Positions 11,693 through 33,180 of a stretch of DNA of 47,306 nt are shown one piece after another. Position 1 is the first letter of the stretch; every line of letters begins with the position of its first letter. Origin of the DNA: Macrostomum lignano (Eukaryota); assembly GCA_002269645.1 (NCBI GenBank), contig NIVC01003835.1:1-47306 (forward strand), read 5' to 3'. The notes below the pieces were generated by a model that saw nothing but the letters and a program-made list of their open reading frames with translations, ran no database searches and was not told where the DNA came from. The position numbers and the translations under genes were made by a program.

Positions 11693-12795
11693 TCACCAGC
11701 AGAACAGCCACTTGCAGGAGAATTTCGACGAATGATAATTATAGGCCTTGCCAGGGACGCTTTTTATCGCGCTGCGCTTGCCAAATCTGAAAATTTGGGA
11801 ACAGTTTTAGGAAAGAAGATTAGACTAATTATACAGCATCCATCACTGACAAAACTATAGTGCGGTGGAATCTATATTATAGTGACACAATTAAAAATTA
11901 CTTCTCTATTATTGAAGCTTCATGGTGCATACAAAACAGTTCCAATTCGAAGAAAAAGATGGGAAACAAAAATGGAAGCGTTGCAAATATGGAAGAATAG
12001 TGAGATCAGATAAAAATTGCAAACAAACTTGAGTAGTTCTGACTACTTTCGTTTTTTGAGCATGCCAGTTTAAATATTTAACAAAGCATTCTTAAAGGGG
12101 GTTGTAGCCTACACCTTTTTGCGTTCTATTTCGATAAAACTGCATTCAATTTCGGCAAACTGGCTTTCATTTTCAGCAACTCGAGATTCTATTTAGACAA
12201 ACTGATTTTCAATTTCGGCAAACTGCACACAATTTCGACAGCGACACCAATGTAAGAATGGAATAAAGACAGAAGAGAGGGATTTCTTAGATTCTGAACA
12301 AGTACTGCATTTGGAGTTCGCAAAAAGGTGTAGAAACTCGAGTTGCCGAAATTAAATGCAGTTTGCCGAAATTGTTTCTCGGTTTGTCCAATTCGAATGC
12401 AGTTTGGATGTGCGGCCGTAGCTGATGCCGAAAATAAAAGCCAGTTTGCCGAAATTGAATGCAGTTTTAATGAGATAGAACGCAAAAAGGTGTAGTGGTT
12501 AGATAATAATTATTACTCTAAAAACGGATTATTATTTGACCTACCGAGGCCTTCCAGCAAGAGCAAGGGCACTGTGCAGCTGCATTAGATAATTTGCCAG
12601 CTCGCTGGGACTCTCCACGCCGAGACCATAGCCAACCTTCGCTTTCTTGTCGATGCTCATTGAGCTCTCGTCAGTAGGCTGCTTCATCATCGCAGGTGCA
12701 CCTTGGCAGATGGGCACGAGCTGACAGCAAATCAGCGTCACCACCAGAAGCATCATCATCCTCAGCAGAGGTTTCCGTCGTTGTTGAAAAGGCAT
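11693..12795 (-). CDS. npf: Neuropeptide F (NPY-family) prepropeptide; exons 12795-12545 and 11786-11693
   Basis: Hydrophobic signal peptide, a KK site, then AKVGYGLGVESPSELANYLMQLHSALALAGRP-R. A phase-2 intron (CG|GTAGGT...TTTCAG|A) splits the Arg codon, giving GRPRF-G-KR. The intron in this Arg codon and the amidation/cleavage signal are NPY/NPF hallmarks. Confidence 0.93.
12112..12492. mobile_element. Tc1/mariner-type MITE in the NPF intron
   Basis: About 60-bp imperfect TIRs (CACCTTTTTGCGTTCTAT..AAAACTGCATTCAATTTCGGCAAACTGGCTT and its reverse complement), flanked by TA at 12110-12111 and 12493-12494. Confidence 0.8.
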
Positions 12796-14141
12796 CTTTT
12801 AGATCCAAGCAAATTTGCGAATATGGTCTCTGAAACCACTTTGAAACCATAGCAGCGGAATTGTCTATAGATCCGAGCAGATTTATATGATTCATTTTGC
12901 CGAAGTCTTCAGTATCATGTTACTCCATCGGACACTGATCGGGGTTACTTAAAAAAATTGCGAATAATCAGAATTGACGAGAGAACACTGCAAGAGCCTA
13001 GTGATTCGATTGCGATTCTATTTAAAACTCTGAGTTGGTAAAGATCTGACGCGACACGCGCGAAGATGTCAGAAAAAATCCCAATGATCTTTAAATAATG
13101 CAACACCTTTAGCCGCGTCAATTTGCTACGAGGCAACAAGTCATGCAAGTATCTGTTTCAAAGCCGCTTTGCCTAATTGTTACGTCATGATCACTGACGA
13201 GTGTGGTGATTTACACCTGTAGGATAGGAGCTGCATATATTTGACCCATGGATCAACATTTGACCATGTAAAAAGCTATAATTAGAAGTAATTAAAAGTA
13301 TAAATTAAGTTATTGAATGCCAATCGATATAACTGTATTAACGATACATTAATCATAAGTGACAGCAATACAACGTATCACCGCCACGCAGCGGACACTC
13401 GGTTTACATACATAGTTGCGTCGTTGCATGCTTATGCATGTAGTCGACCAACCGAAATGCACTCGCAATACTACCAGCCAGACACTAAGCTATAAAAAAA
13501 AATTAAGTATATTTCTTATTAAATTTGCGATGCGTTTCGGTCAAGTACTGCATGGACCATTTTCAAGCAGCGAATTCATTTTTATTTCTGCTAACGAAAG
13601 TTCACACGGAATTAAATAGGTCATTTATTGCAAAATGTGATGAAGACGCACTTTTTTCCGAATTCCACGCTCGCAAATGGGTTCTAAACAATTGTTAGCC
13701 TACTAACAGCAGGTTATGGGCATTTTGTTTTCTTTTTATGTAACCTTTCCAAGAATTCATACTAGTAGGATCTTCGCAGCTATATGATTTTACCATACTT
13801 TTAGTCATAATAACATAGGCGCAGTTTTCGCTACTTTTGGGGTCATAAATCATTCCTTGTGAGCTGGTCTGACAGCCCGTACCTGCGCCTCACTCAGTGT
13901 TGAGGCGGCGCCAGATGGTCTGAGAGGATGCGGGCGGTAGCTTTTTTCTCATCATTTTTGACAGGCCATCAGATTTAAGAGGTCAGGGCCTATTGTTCGT
14001 GTTCACTCAAACGTTTGACAGCTTTGACAGCTATGCGTTTTACCCCAAAAAGACTAAGTCTTTGGGATTAGCGATTAGCGATTTCTCTTCACCATCTTCA
14101 CTTTCTACAATATTTAATAAGATCTTTCTAAAGCATATTTT

Positions 14142-14904
14142 TGTCATAAATTTTTGTAATTCCTTCGCGAAAAGTGATAAATCATAATGCAAGCGATTTT
14201 GAGTGATTTATGACAACACCTGGCGCATTTTTATGGCCCTGAGGGAACTGATAGGATCTTTTGGTGATGTAAGTTTGGGTGGCAACAAGCTCAGCCAATC
14301 AGAAAATTCGACGTCAGTTAATATAACAAATCGGCTCAGCCAATCAGCGTCGAGGTGTTCCATTTGTACAAACTGCGGTCCAGTTGGCGGCTATTTAAAC
14401 CGATGTTGTTGGCCCGTTCGGACTCAACTTTTCCGGAACCCGGATCTAACACCTCGGACCGCTTACCTCGGCCTATCGACACCCGACCGTCGTCCCTTGA
14501 TCCCCTGATTGCGACCCCCCCCCATCATCAAAGACGAGTCCCCCCGGTCGACGGCATCAATCATTGAGGTTAAGATCATCACCTGCTAGCTATCAGCAAA
14601 GACTGTGACATCATCATCCCGGGCCTACAGCTGCGAAGCACTAAGCCGATTCGGTCACTGTGGATTACCTGGTCTCTGACTGTTGAGTTTCTGATTGGGT
14701 GAGAGGCTACCTAGACTTGCTTGATTGGGTGATTCCTTATCTGTCCCATATTTCAGTAGCTGGATTAGACGCACACTTTTGCTCATTTTGTTCAGTAGTG
14801 CTGTTTCTGAGGCAGAAATCACCTAATGATACTGCTAGTAGTCTAATTACTCCGATTCAATCTGAAGTGTGAAGTGATTTAGTGCGAGAAGGTTAAATAT
14901 GACA
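14142..14904 (+). mobile_element. Possible LTR-like element carrying a Pol II promoter
   Basis: TGTCATA...TATGACA termini. Duplicated GCTCAGCCAATCAG (14289-14302, 14334-14347) and CTATTTAAA (14391). No TSD or PBS found. Confidence 0.35.
14289..14400 (+). promoter_or_regulatory. Twin CCAAT boxes, CRE-like CGACGTCA and TATA-like CTATTTAAA
   Basis: Motifs and spacing are read directly; function is inferred. Confidence 0.45.
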
Positions 14905-17900
14905 GTTATTTTTATTGGTTTTATTTCTTTGTTCGCCGATGGCTCAGATGAGTGGCTAAGCTAGTAGGCGCCGGTCACAGTGGACCAATGGCAAGGCAGT
15001 TCTCAGTCGATCAATATCTATCAATTGAGTTAGCGAAATTGCCAATAGTGCAAGATCGGCGCTAGAGGTGTACTCATGTGCACCCTAGATTCGCCAAGCG
15101 GCTCGGGTAAATGAATCATGCGGTCTCCGGAGTTCAAGAATTAGCTAGTCTATCATCAGCGCTACGAAAGGCTGGTTGGCGCGTTGAAGGCCAAAAAAGT
15201 ACAAACCCTCGGATTTAGCAATGCAATAGTACATCTAGCCACCCCATAGTCTCGCCACCGCAAGAATCCCCTGCACAAGTCGCCTCTGTACCTGCATGGC
15301 CAATGCGATCAAGTCCCAGCAGTGTCCCTTATCATCGGCTATGACTTCGAGATTGACAGCAAAAAGACACTAGTTGGCAGGTAAGTGCTGAAGCCCCTTC
15401 TAGTCGGAAGCCCGATTTCGAAAGTTCCGGTTTGGTGAGCCAGAACGCACGGGCTGGTGGCAGCGGATGAGTTAATCTGCGGATTAGCTGATATATCTCT
15501 ACCTTCAAAATTCTCCCTGCTTGTCTCTCGCTGTACCTCTTTTAGCTATAGGACCTAGACTGCTCGCCACAGATCAAGCTACCTCGGGGCTGACCATCTG
15601 ACAGGAGTGGGGGGCCAGGACTCTAATTGATTTATTTCTGAGACCTGAGGCCCGAAGGCTCTCTCCAAAGGCTTTCTCCTAGAAGCCGAAAAGGCCGAAA
15701 CCCATGAAATGAACAAAATAACAATAGGGGATTAAATGTCTCTGTACAGTTCAGAGCAAACCCCCGATTTGCTCACTATCACCCGGCCCATTTTGCTCTG
15801 ATACATGTATACAAAAGTTGAGCTGACATTGAGCTGAGATACACAAGCTAGCAAAATGACTCTCACGCAGCTAGATGGTCCAATTAGCGCACGTACCTTA
15901 TATTTTTACTACTCCTCGGCCTTATAGTAATTCTCTAGGTAAAAACCTCTCGACACGCTTAATCAAGAGAATGCATGACGAAGGTCAAGAAGGTCAAGAT
16001 GCGCCAGCATGCAGTAGACAATGTAAAGTCTAGCAAAAATGAAAGTCTCAAGCTGAAAAGCAGAAATTATCAGTTAAAGTCAATTTAAGGGCATAAAAAC
16101 TATTACCCAAAACTGTCTGATTTCAATTGAATCGGCATTCGAGAATCGACCGAATCGATTGCAGGAGCATTGTATTACATTACAAATTAATGATGGTTGA
16201 CAAGTAAAGAACTGAACAACTCGATAAGCTTCGATTTGAATAACTTAAAAAATTAAAGTTAAATGATTAGGCGTGCTTCAGAAATGGTGCGTTCAAGTTG
16301 TTTTGAATGGCTATTTATTATTAATATTATTATGATTAATATTGTCTTAGCGCGATTTTAAAACACTATCCTCGATAATTAAATTAACGTAGAGTTTACG
16401 TTAATACGTGAAGTCAGCCTAATGCAAGAAACATTTTTACTTCTGCATTTGCTTAGGCCTATTCATTTTAATTTGCATTTTGCAAGCCTATCTAAATTAC
16501 CTATGCTCGAAAAAAATATTTTTTTACAAAGTCTTTATAATTTTACAAATCCTACAAAGTATATATGTTATGTGTGTGATTGATTCCAGAAAAAATGTTT
16601 CATAATCTTACTTATTATTTAATTTCAAGCCAATTTGGCATACCTACCTTAGCTACATTAGCAGTTTAAGCTGTTTTTAGTGTTAGCTTTTTGCTTAGAA
16701 ATTATTTGCAGTAATTTATAGTATCGTATATATCTTATATATATTTAGATTATTAAGCTAATTTCTCATTTTTATTATATTTAGATAATATAATATTTAG
16801 GGCCTCTAGTTCTAATAGTAGTAGACCCATTTTTGTTTATCTATGATATTTATTTAGTTTTTCATAAATTAAAATTGCATGTTTAGATAGGAGTGACACT
16901 AATAATAAGGTGCAACCTTAGATTATAATTAATGCTTAGTTTAGTTTAGTTGTAAGTTGACCTATTACATTTGAATGAAATACTAGTATGGTGGCCTCAA
17001 GAATAAGCAAAGGCAAATAAATGCGACAGAGGCAAATTTTTAGCAGTAGCACTTGGCCATAATATCAATTAAGTTGATGCTAAAGCAATCAATGGTTGCA
17101 GACTTGCAGACTTGGTTTATTGTCAACAGAAATACAAGTTGGATTCGTAACAATGCACTGGCAACTATACAACAACTAGTTAGATAGCTTAGGTAGTAGA
17201 AGTGGCATGGCTAAGAGTGGCAGAGGCGTGGCCCAAGGCTATGGCAGAGCAAGGTGGAGAGAAAGAAGGCGGCAAGTAAACAAGTAAAGGCAGCAAGAGT
17301 CTACAAGTCTATAAGGGCTCCCAAGTGACAGCGTGGCGGCAAAGCGGAGTGAAGAGGAGCGGAGCCAGTCTAAGCAGGTTGGAAAAGAGTCTAAACCCCG
17401 AGCGCACAGCTAGACAGAATTGATAAGGAGCAGGCTGGGGGGTGGCACCTGAGAGAATTTAGTATAATTAATGCCTGGCTAAGAAAAACAGGAATAGAAA
17501 TTATTTATCATCTGCTATATGCAGGGTTTACAATTGTATGTAGCTGATTAAAATTCTTTGGGCACTACTTTAAGCAGACATGAGAATACAAAACTAGTAA
17601 TATTAAAGATTGGTACCATATGTCAAAATGACCCTTGGCGGGGCTACGTAAACTGACAATGTCACAATGATTCAAATAAAATTTTATGTATCTAATGATA
17701 TTAGTAAATATAAGAATAATTATGCAACAAGTTAAAAAATAAAGTTTATCTTTTACAAAAATATAATTTTAATTTGAACTTTAATATTCTACCCTAATCT
17801 ATTTTTACCAAATATTTTTTAAGAATAAGAAAATTTTTTCAATTTTAAGATAATATATTCTAGAATAGAGTTTATTATATATAAAACAATATCATATTAT

Positions 17901-18014
17901 GCAAAACTAGTATTTTTTTTTGCTTTTTTATTATCTAAGTTTATCAATGATAAAAAATAATATTGATCTTTCTTTAAACTCATGCTAAAAGTACATTATT
18001 AAAGAATGCACAGA

Positions 18015-26656
<8,642 letters not shown>

Positions 26657-27446
26657 TAGTGTTCATGCCCGATTCGATCCGAACTTAAGCAATCAGATTA
26701 TTAATTGGTTTTAGATTTTAGCATTGGGGTTATAAAACTTTTTAATTACAAGTTTCTGTTAGTGTTTAAATCTGCTGTTTACATTACTTAATTATCGGAG
26801 CGCCCATTTGTAATTGAAGTTTTCCTTCGGTAAGAATCTCGGTAATTATAGCCTTAGTAGAGCGCTATCCCGTTGAAATCGTTACCGTGAGGCCCCAGAG
26901 TGGTTTCAGAGTCTCATACAATAAAACGCCTCAAATTGAATCTTAGACCACTCTTTCCTATTTCACCTGTGTTACCTGCAACGACTCTGGGGGCGACGCA
27001 AGTGACTGTTATTTCGAATCTCTCCAATATACTCGTATTTATTGGGCTATTTTATTTTTTCTAATGAATAAGTAGAGCCTTTCTCTTCTTCACTTTAATT
27101 CCAGTAATAATCATATCCGTCTTATTTATTACCGTTCACGTTTAACCTGCAAGCTGATTATTGCAACAGCCAAAATCAATATTTCATTATTCTCCTTAAT
27201 TGTAGAATATAATTTTACATTTTTATTTTCAAACGATAATTCCATTAGTAATATTTATGTTTATGGCGAAAATACACTACAGCTTCTGATTCCTAACAGT
27301 TTGCGAGCTCAGTGTGCTTGAAAATGTTTTTTGTCATCTTTGTGCGCCATCACTGTTTTGTTCTGGACACCATATTTCCTGGTATTTCAGTTTACTTGTT
27401 GACATTTTTGTTCTCAATCATTGTGTATATAAACAGACTGGGAAAT

Positions 27447-28500
27447 TGGATAAACAGGCCGTGGAATATTGGATAAACAGACTATGGGATATTTGATAAA
27501 CAGACTATGGGATACTGGATAAACAGACTATGGGATATTGGATAAACAGACTATGAGCTATTGGATAAACAGACTATGGGATATTGGATAAACAGACTAT
27601 GAGCTATTGGATAAACAGACTATGGGATATTGGATAAACGGACTATGGGATATTTGATAAACAGACTATGAGATACTGGATAAACAGACTGTGGAATGTT
27701 GTATAAACAGGCTATGGGATATTGTATAAACAGACTATGGGAATATGGGATATTGTATAAACAGACTATGGGATATTTGATAAACAGACTGGGATATTTA
27801 ATAAACAGACTATGGGATACTGGATAAACAGACTATGAGATATTGGATAAACACACTGGGATATTGGATAAACAGACTATGGGATACTGGATAAACAGAC
27901 TATGGAATGTTGTATAAACAGGCTATGGGATATTGTATAAACAGACTATGGGATATTTGATAAACAGACTATGGGAATATGGGATATTTAATAAACAGAC
28001 TATGGGATACTGGATAAACAGACTATGAGCTATTGGATAAACAGACTATGGGCTATTGGATAAACGGACTATGGGATATTTGATAAACAGACTATGGGAA
28101 TATGGGATATTTAATAAACAGACTATGAGATATTGGATAAACAGGCTATGGGATACTGGATAAACAGACTATGGAATATTGGATAAATAGACTATGGGAT
28201 ATTTGATAAACAGACTATGGGATATTTAATAAACAGGCTATGGGATACTGGATAAACAGACTATGGGATGTTGTATAAACATACTTTGGGATATTGGATA
28301 AACAGACTATGGAATGTTGTATAAACAGGCTATAGGATATTGTATAAACAGACTATGGGATATTTGATAAACAGACTGGGATATTTAATAAACAGACTAT
28401 GGGATACTGGATAAACAGACTATGAGATATTGAATAAACACACTGGGATATTGGATAAACAGACTGTGGGATATTAGATAAACAGACTGGGATAAACAGG
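27447..28500. repeat. 23-bp minisatellite GGATAAACAGACTATGGGATATT
   Basis: Tandem units read directly. The array ends about 30 bp from the stop codon of the minus-strand 4-TM gene. Confidence 0.95.
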
Positions 28501-28528
28501 CCGGGCAAGTTTCAAACTCCGCGGTCTG

Positions 28529-31500
28529 TCACCGCCGATAGAACGCGAGCATCCGTGACACCATGGGCAGGATGAGCAGCACAAGGATCAGTATGCACAG
28601 TATGAACACGTCCTCAAGTAGGAACACGGAAGCCGCAGTCTCGGCGGCCAGTTCGCAGGTGTGGCTGGCAATCTTGCTCAGAGTTTCTCGGCTTCTCATA
28701 ACGCTAACCAGCTCGGGGCGGTTGGGCATGCCCAGAATCTCGACGACTTCTTTGAGCGGAACAGATGTATAATTCGAGCCCGCGCTGGCGAATAGCTGCT
28801 CCAACAGTTCGTCTCTGCGTACCAAGTTCTTGGCTTGCTCCGCTGGGAATCGTCTGTTAATTTCGACTAGTCTCACCAGGTGCAGCAGTATCCACAGTAG
28901 GCTCAGCAGGCCCTCTGACAAATCAGTTGGGACAGTGGAAACTGCTTTTGCAATGAGACTTAATAATTCTAGGGGGTTAGGGTTCAAGGTCTTTATTGGG
29001 GGTGCCAATTCATATATTTGGGACGCCATTACAGTTGGGATGGGGCGCCATTTTATTTGAGTTGGGGCGCCATTTTAGTTGGGTGGGGCGCCATTTCATT
29101 TGATTGGGGCGCCATTTTATTTGATTGGGGCGCCTTTTTTTGAGTTGGGGCGCCATTTCAGTTGGGTGTGGGGCGCCTTTTTATTTGAGTGGGGCGCCTT
29201 TTCATTTGAGTGGGGCGCCATTCCATTTGAGTTGGGGCGCAATTTTATTTGAGCCGCCATTTCCCTGAGTTGGACGCCATTTCATTTGAGAGGGGTGCCA
29301 TTTCATTTGATCGGGGCGCCATTTCATGTGAGAGGGGTGCCATTTCATTTGAGAGGGGTGCCATTTCATTTGAGAGGGGTGCCATTTCATTTGATCGGGG
29401 CGCCATTTCATTTGATTGGGGCGCCATTTTATTTGATCGGGGCGCCATTTCATTTGAGAGAGGCACCATTTCATTTGATCGGGGCGCCATTTCATTTGAA
29501 AGTTTGAGCCGGGCGCCATTTTAGTTGGGTGAGGCGCCATTCCGTTTGGGTGGGCGCCCATGTATCAAAGCTCATAATTTTAGCTAGCTTAACAAGTGTC
29601 AAATATGGGTTCACCATCCGCACTTCATGAATCCTTTATGACGACAGAATTAACCCGAGGTAGTGTCAAAAACAAAGGAATCTATATATTGATTTTTTCT
29701 ACGTAGTATAAAGCTAGCTTATTCATATTTGTCGATCTGGTCTATTGTTTGTTCTGGTCTGCTTATTCAACAAGAGCTTTCTGAGCACAGATATATGCTT
29801 AGAAACTGGGTGTTGCTAATGCTGACAGCCACCATAGCAACCAGCTGTTGTCGGCTATGGTCACCCATAGCAACCAGCGGTTGTCAGACTATGGTTACCC
29901 ATAGCAACCAGAGCCTGTTGTCAGGCTATAGTCACCCATAGCAACCAGCTGTTGTCAGGCTATAGTCACCCATAGCAACCAGCTGTTGTCCGGCTATGGT
30001 CACCCATAGTAACCAGCTTTTGTCAGGCTATGGTCACCCATAGCAACCAGCTGTTGTCCGGCTATGGTCACCCATAGTAACCAGCTTTTGTCAGGCTATG
30101 GGCACCCATAGCAACCAGCTGTTGTCAGGCTATGGGCAGCCATAGCAACCAGCTGCTGTCAGGCTATGGGCACCCATAGTAAGCACAACCAGGCTGTTGT
30201 TCGGCTATGGGCACCCAAAGCAACCAGGGTGTTGTCCGGCTATGGGCAGCCATAGCAACCAAGCTGTTTTCGCGTCTAAGAGCTACCATGGCAACCAGGT
30301 GTTGGCACAGCAACCAGGGCATTAAGAAATACCTGAAATACCTGATTCATACCTTGCCAAGCGATCAGCAGAGTCCTGTAATAAAACGCTGGATGAATGG
30401 TCCCGGCAACTAGCTGCTCCCTATCCAGTACGCTCATATCCCGACTGCTAACGTCGACATCCGGTACCAGAGCCACGGTGGACAGCTGCTCGAGGTAGCT
30501 GCGGTGTCGGGACGGACTCGGCCAGATGCGCCGGTTGTAGGCGGGCCTGCCGACGCATACGCTGACCAGGAGGCGGAGCGGCCCGGACACCAGGCAGGAG
30601 GCCACCAGCCACGTGACCTGGGACAGGGGTATGGTGAGAGCTTGCAAGGCTTCTGACACATTTCTGGATGCTCGAGTCTGTCTTGCGGACTCTGTCTGAG
30701 AGGTTTCAGATTGGTTGAATGGGAAATTATGCAGATTCGAAGATCTGAAGGATGAGGACGGTTGTGAAAGGTAGGGTGGCTTGTGAAGGGTGGAGAATGT
30801 TGCGAAGGGTGGGTTGCGAAGGGTGGGGTTTTGAAGGTTGGGGTTGTGAATGTTGGGGTTGTGAAGGGTAGGGTTGCGAAGGGTGGAGTTGTGAAGGGTG
30901 GGGTTGTAAAGGGTGGGGTTGTGAAGGGTGGGGTTGTAAAGGGTAGTGAGGGTTGTGAAGGGTGGGGTTGTAAAGGGTGGAGAATGTTGTGAAGGGTGGG
31001 GTTGTGAAGGGTGGGGTTGTAAAGGGTAGTGAGGGTTGTGAAGGGTGGGGAGGGTTGTTATGAGTGGGGAGGGTTGTGAAGGATGGGGAGGGTTGTGAAG
31101 GGTAGGGAAGGTTGTGAAGAGAGGAGTGGAGGGCGGTGGAAGTATATAAACTAATAAATGGTTGTGAAAAGGGTAGTGAATTACATTACCATGCACTGTA
31201 CAAAGCTGTACATTGGAGACAGTTGCGAGTTATGCGGGTTTTTCAAGAGCTTGTGCAAAGCAAAACCGAACCTTTTCTGACGCGTCGTTCTCCGCGAAAG
31301 TGACGCTGCAGAGGCAGATTCCCAGCTGCAGTGTGATCAGCTGGATCACACCCGAGGTGAGTATATAGGCCGCGATAGACAGGCTGGCCATGTTGATGAA
31401 GATAATGCTCCACTGGAGCGGTTTCGTCTGGTTCTTGTCGCCAGCAATAGTGTCAGCATTGTTGACGTCCTCCACTTGCAGCTGGTCGTAGGGATTGCAA

Positions 31501-31595
31501 ATCTGAGTCCGGTCCCACGCGTTCGAACCCGACGGCTGGTCGGAGCCGCCGCCTCCGTGAGTCCGCCAGCTGCCTAGGGTGGCTGATTTGGGCAT
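28529..31595 (-). CDS. Uncharacterised 4-TM membrane protein, possibly innexin/pannexin superfamily; exons 31595-31272 (or to 31190), 30695-30353, 28914-28529
   Basis: Three GC-rich coding-like blocks join with matching phases (0 then 1; CAAG|GTATGA...TGTCAG|AG). Four hydrophobic segments. C-x17-C after TM1 and a C-x-L before TM4. Family assignment is inference. Confidence 0.6.
29005..29560. repeat. About 21-bp minisatellite GGGGCGCCATTTCATTTGATC
   Basis: Tandem units read directly; intronic. Confidence 0.9.
29815..30320. repeat. 34-bp minisatellite GGCTATGGTCACCCATAGCAACCAGCTGTTGTCA
   Basis: Tandem units read directly; intronic. Confidence 0.9.
30760..31170. repeat. 15-bp G-rich minisatellite GGGGTTGTGAAGGGT
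   Basis: Tandem units read directly; intronic. Confidence 0.9.
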
Positions 31596-31994
31596 GGAGA
31601 CAATATCGATGAGAACATGTAGCAGATTAGATTGAATTCAGTATGCCTGGTAGCTGTGGCCCTTGTGTATCCAGGCATAGAAGAAGTGAGTTGTCTGTGG
31701 CCAAGACCGTCTCTGAACATGCTAATTCGTGTTAGAAAAGTTCAAGGACTGAACTTAATGGGAAAAATAGCATTTTCCATTCTTTTGCGCCACACCTTCA
31801 TGCGGAACTGGAAGGTTTCTTTAGCAATACTTCTCAGAGCCTGTCTAAATTTTGCGCTGCTAATATTTGTTTTGAGTTCAGTTCTTGAACTTTTTCTGGC
31901 ACAACTTTGTATGTCTTCCCGAACTCAACTAGCTGATTCTAACTTTGCTGCGCGTTATGAGTGTAAATAAAATAGTATTTGGTGAGGAAGCGCA

Positions 31995-32392
31995 CGCTAT
32001 CACAATCGCACACTATCACAATCGCACACTATCACAATCGCACACTATCACAATCGCACACTATCACAATCGCACGCTATCACAATCGCACACTATCACA
32101 ATCGCACACTATCACAATCGCACACTATCACAATCGCACACTATCACAATCGCACACTATCACAATCGCACACTATCACAATCGCACACTATCACAATCG
32201 CACACTATCACAATCGCACACTATCACAATCGCACGCTATCACAATCGCACACTATCACAATCGCACACTATCACAATCGCACACTATCACAATCGCACA
32301 CTATCACAACCGCACACTATCACAATCGCACACTATCACAATAGCACACTATCACAATCGCACACTATCACAATCGCACACTATCGCAATCG
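31995..32392. repeat. 16-bp near-perfect minisatellite CACACTATCACAATCG, about 25 copies
   Basis: Read directly. Confidence 0.95.
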
Positions 32393-33180
32393 AGAGTCGG
32401 TACAATTCTCAAATTGTCGCAATCTCATTACAAGTATCAAATATCTAATAGAGTAATTTGTCCACCAAATGCTTTAAAAACGGCCATGGCGGAAAAAATC
32501 ATATTGATAGAAAATTTCTCAAGTTACGCTCTATCAATGTAGCGAATTTACCTTCTAATAAAAATTATAGAATGCTTCGCCAGCTATAGTATTTATATGC
32601 TCTTCGAATTTTTAAACCAAGGAAATTGAACAGATTTTCATAGCATTGACCTTGCCAAATTGTAAAACTCTATTTCAATCGATTAATCATAATTCACAGC
32701 TTAGGTTTCAGTTCCAGTCTATGCCCATCTTCAGAAGTCCATGACATATAAAAGCAAAGCAAATACTATGAGCCTATTGTAAAATGTAATCCAGGATGAA
32801 GTAGAATGAATGATTCGCGCAGATGAGAGTTACGGAACAGATTGTAAGACTTTAATAAATTTACATCAATATTTTTCGCATGGCGCTTATTTTTTCTATT
32901 GTTTGTTCTTACATATATACTTTAAAAAAATCGGAAGGATTAAGAGACGACAAACCGGAACAGGGAAGACTGACCGACCGCTAAATGAGAAGGAACTTTA
33001 TGTTCTGCAGCTGCATGCTGCGTTAAAACAGGACAATGTGGTTATGCCTAATATAGGCCTGTTAATGTCTGCTAGTTACATATAGTACATAAAAAATAAT
33101 GTTCGTAAGATGAAAAAAACCGCGAAACTATAGAAGAAGCCGTTTTAGTCACGCTGGCAACGGCGTTGCAAGAACTTTGG

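Noticed and set aside
29202-32448. Repeat-derived ORFs (MKWRP.., TLHNP.., TITIAHYHNR..)
   Set aside because: Open frames produced by minisatellite periodicity. Only the 30695-30353 part of the 306-aa ORF looks like a real exon.
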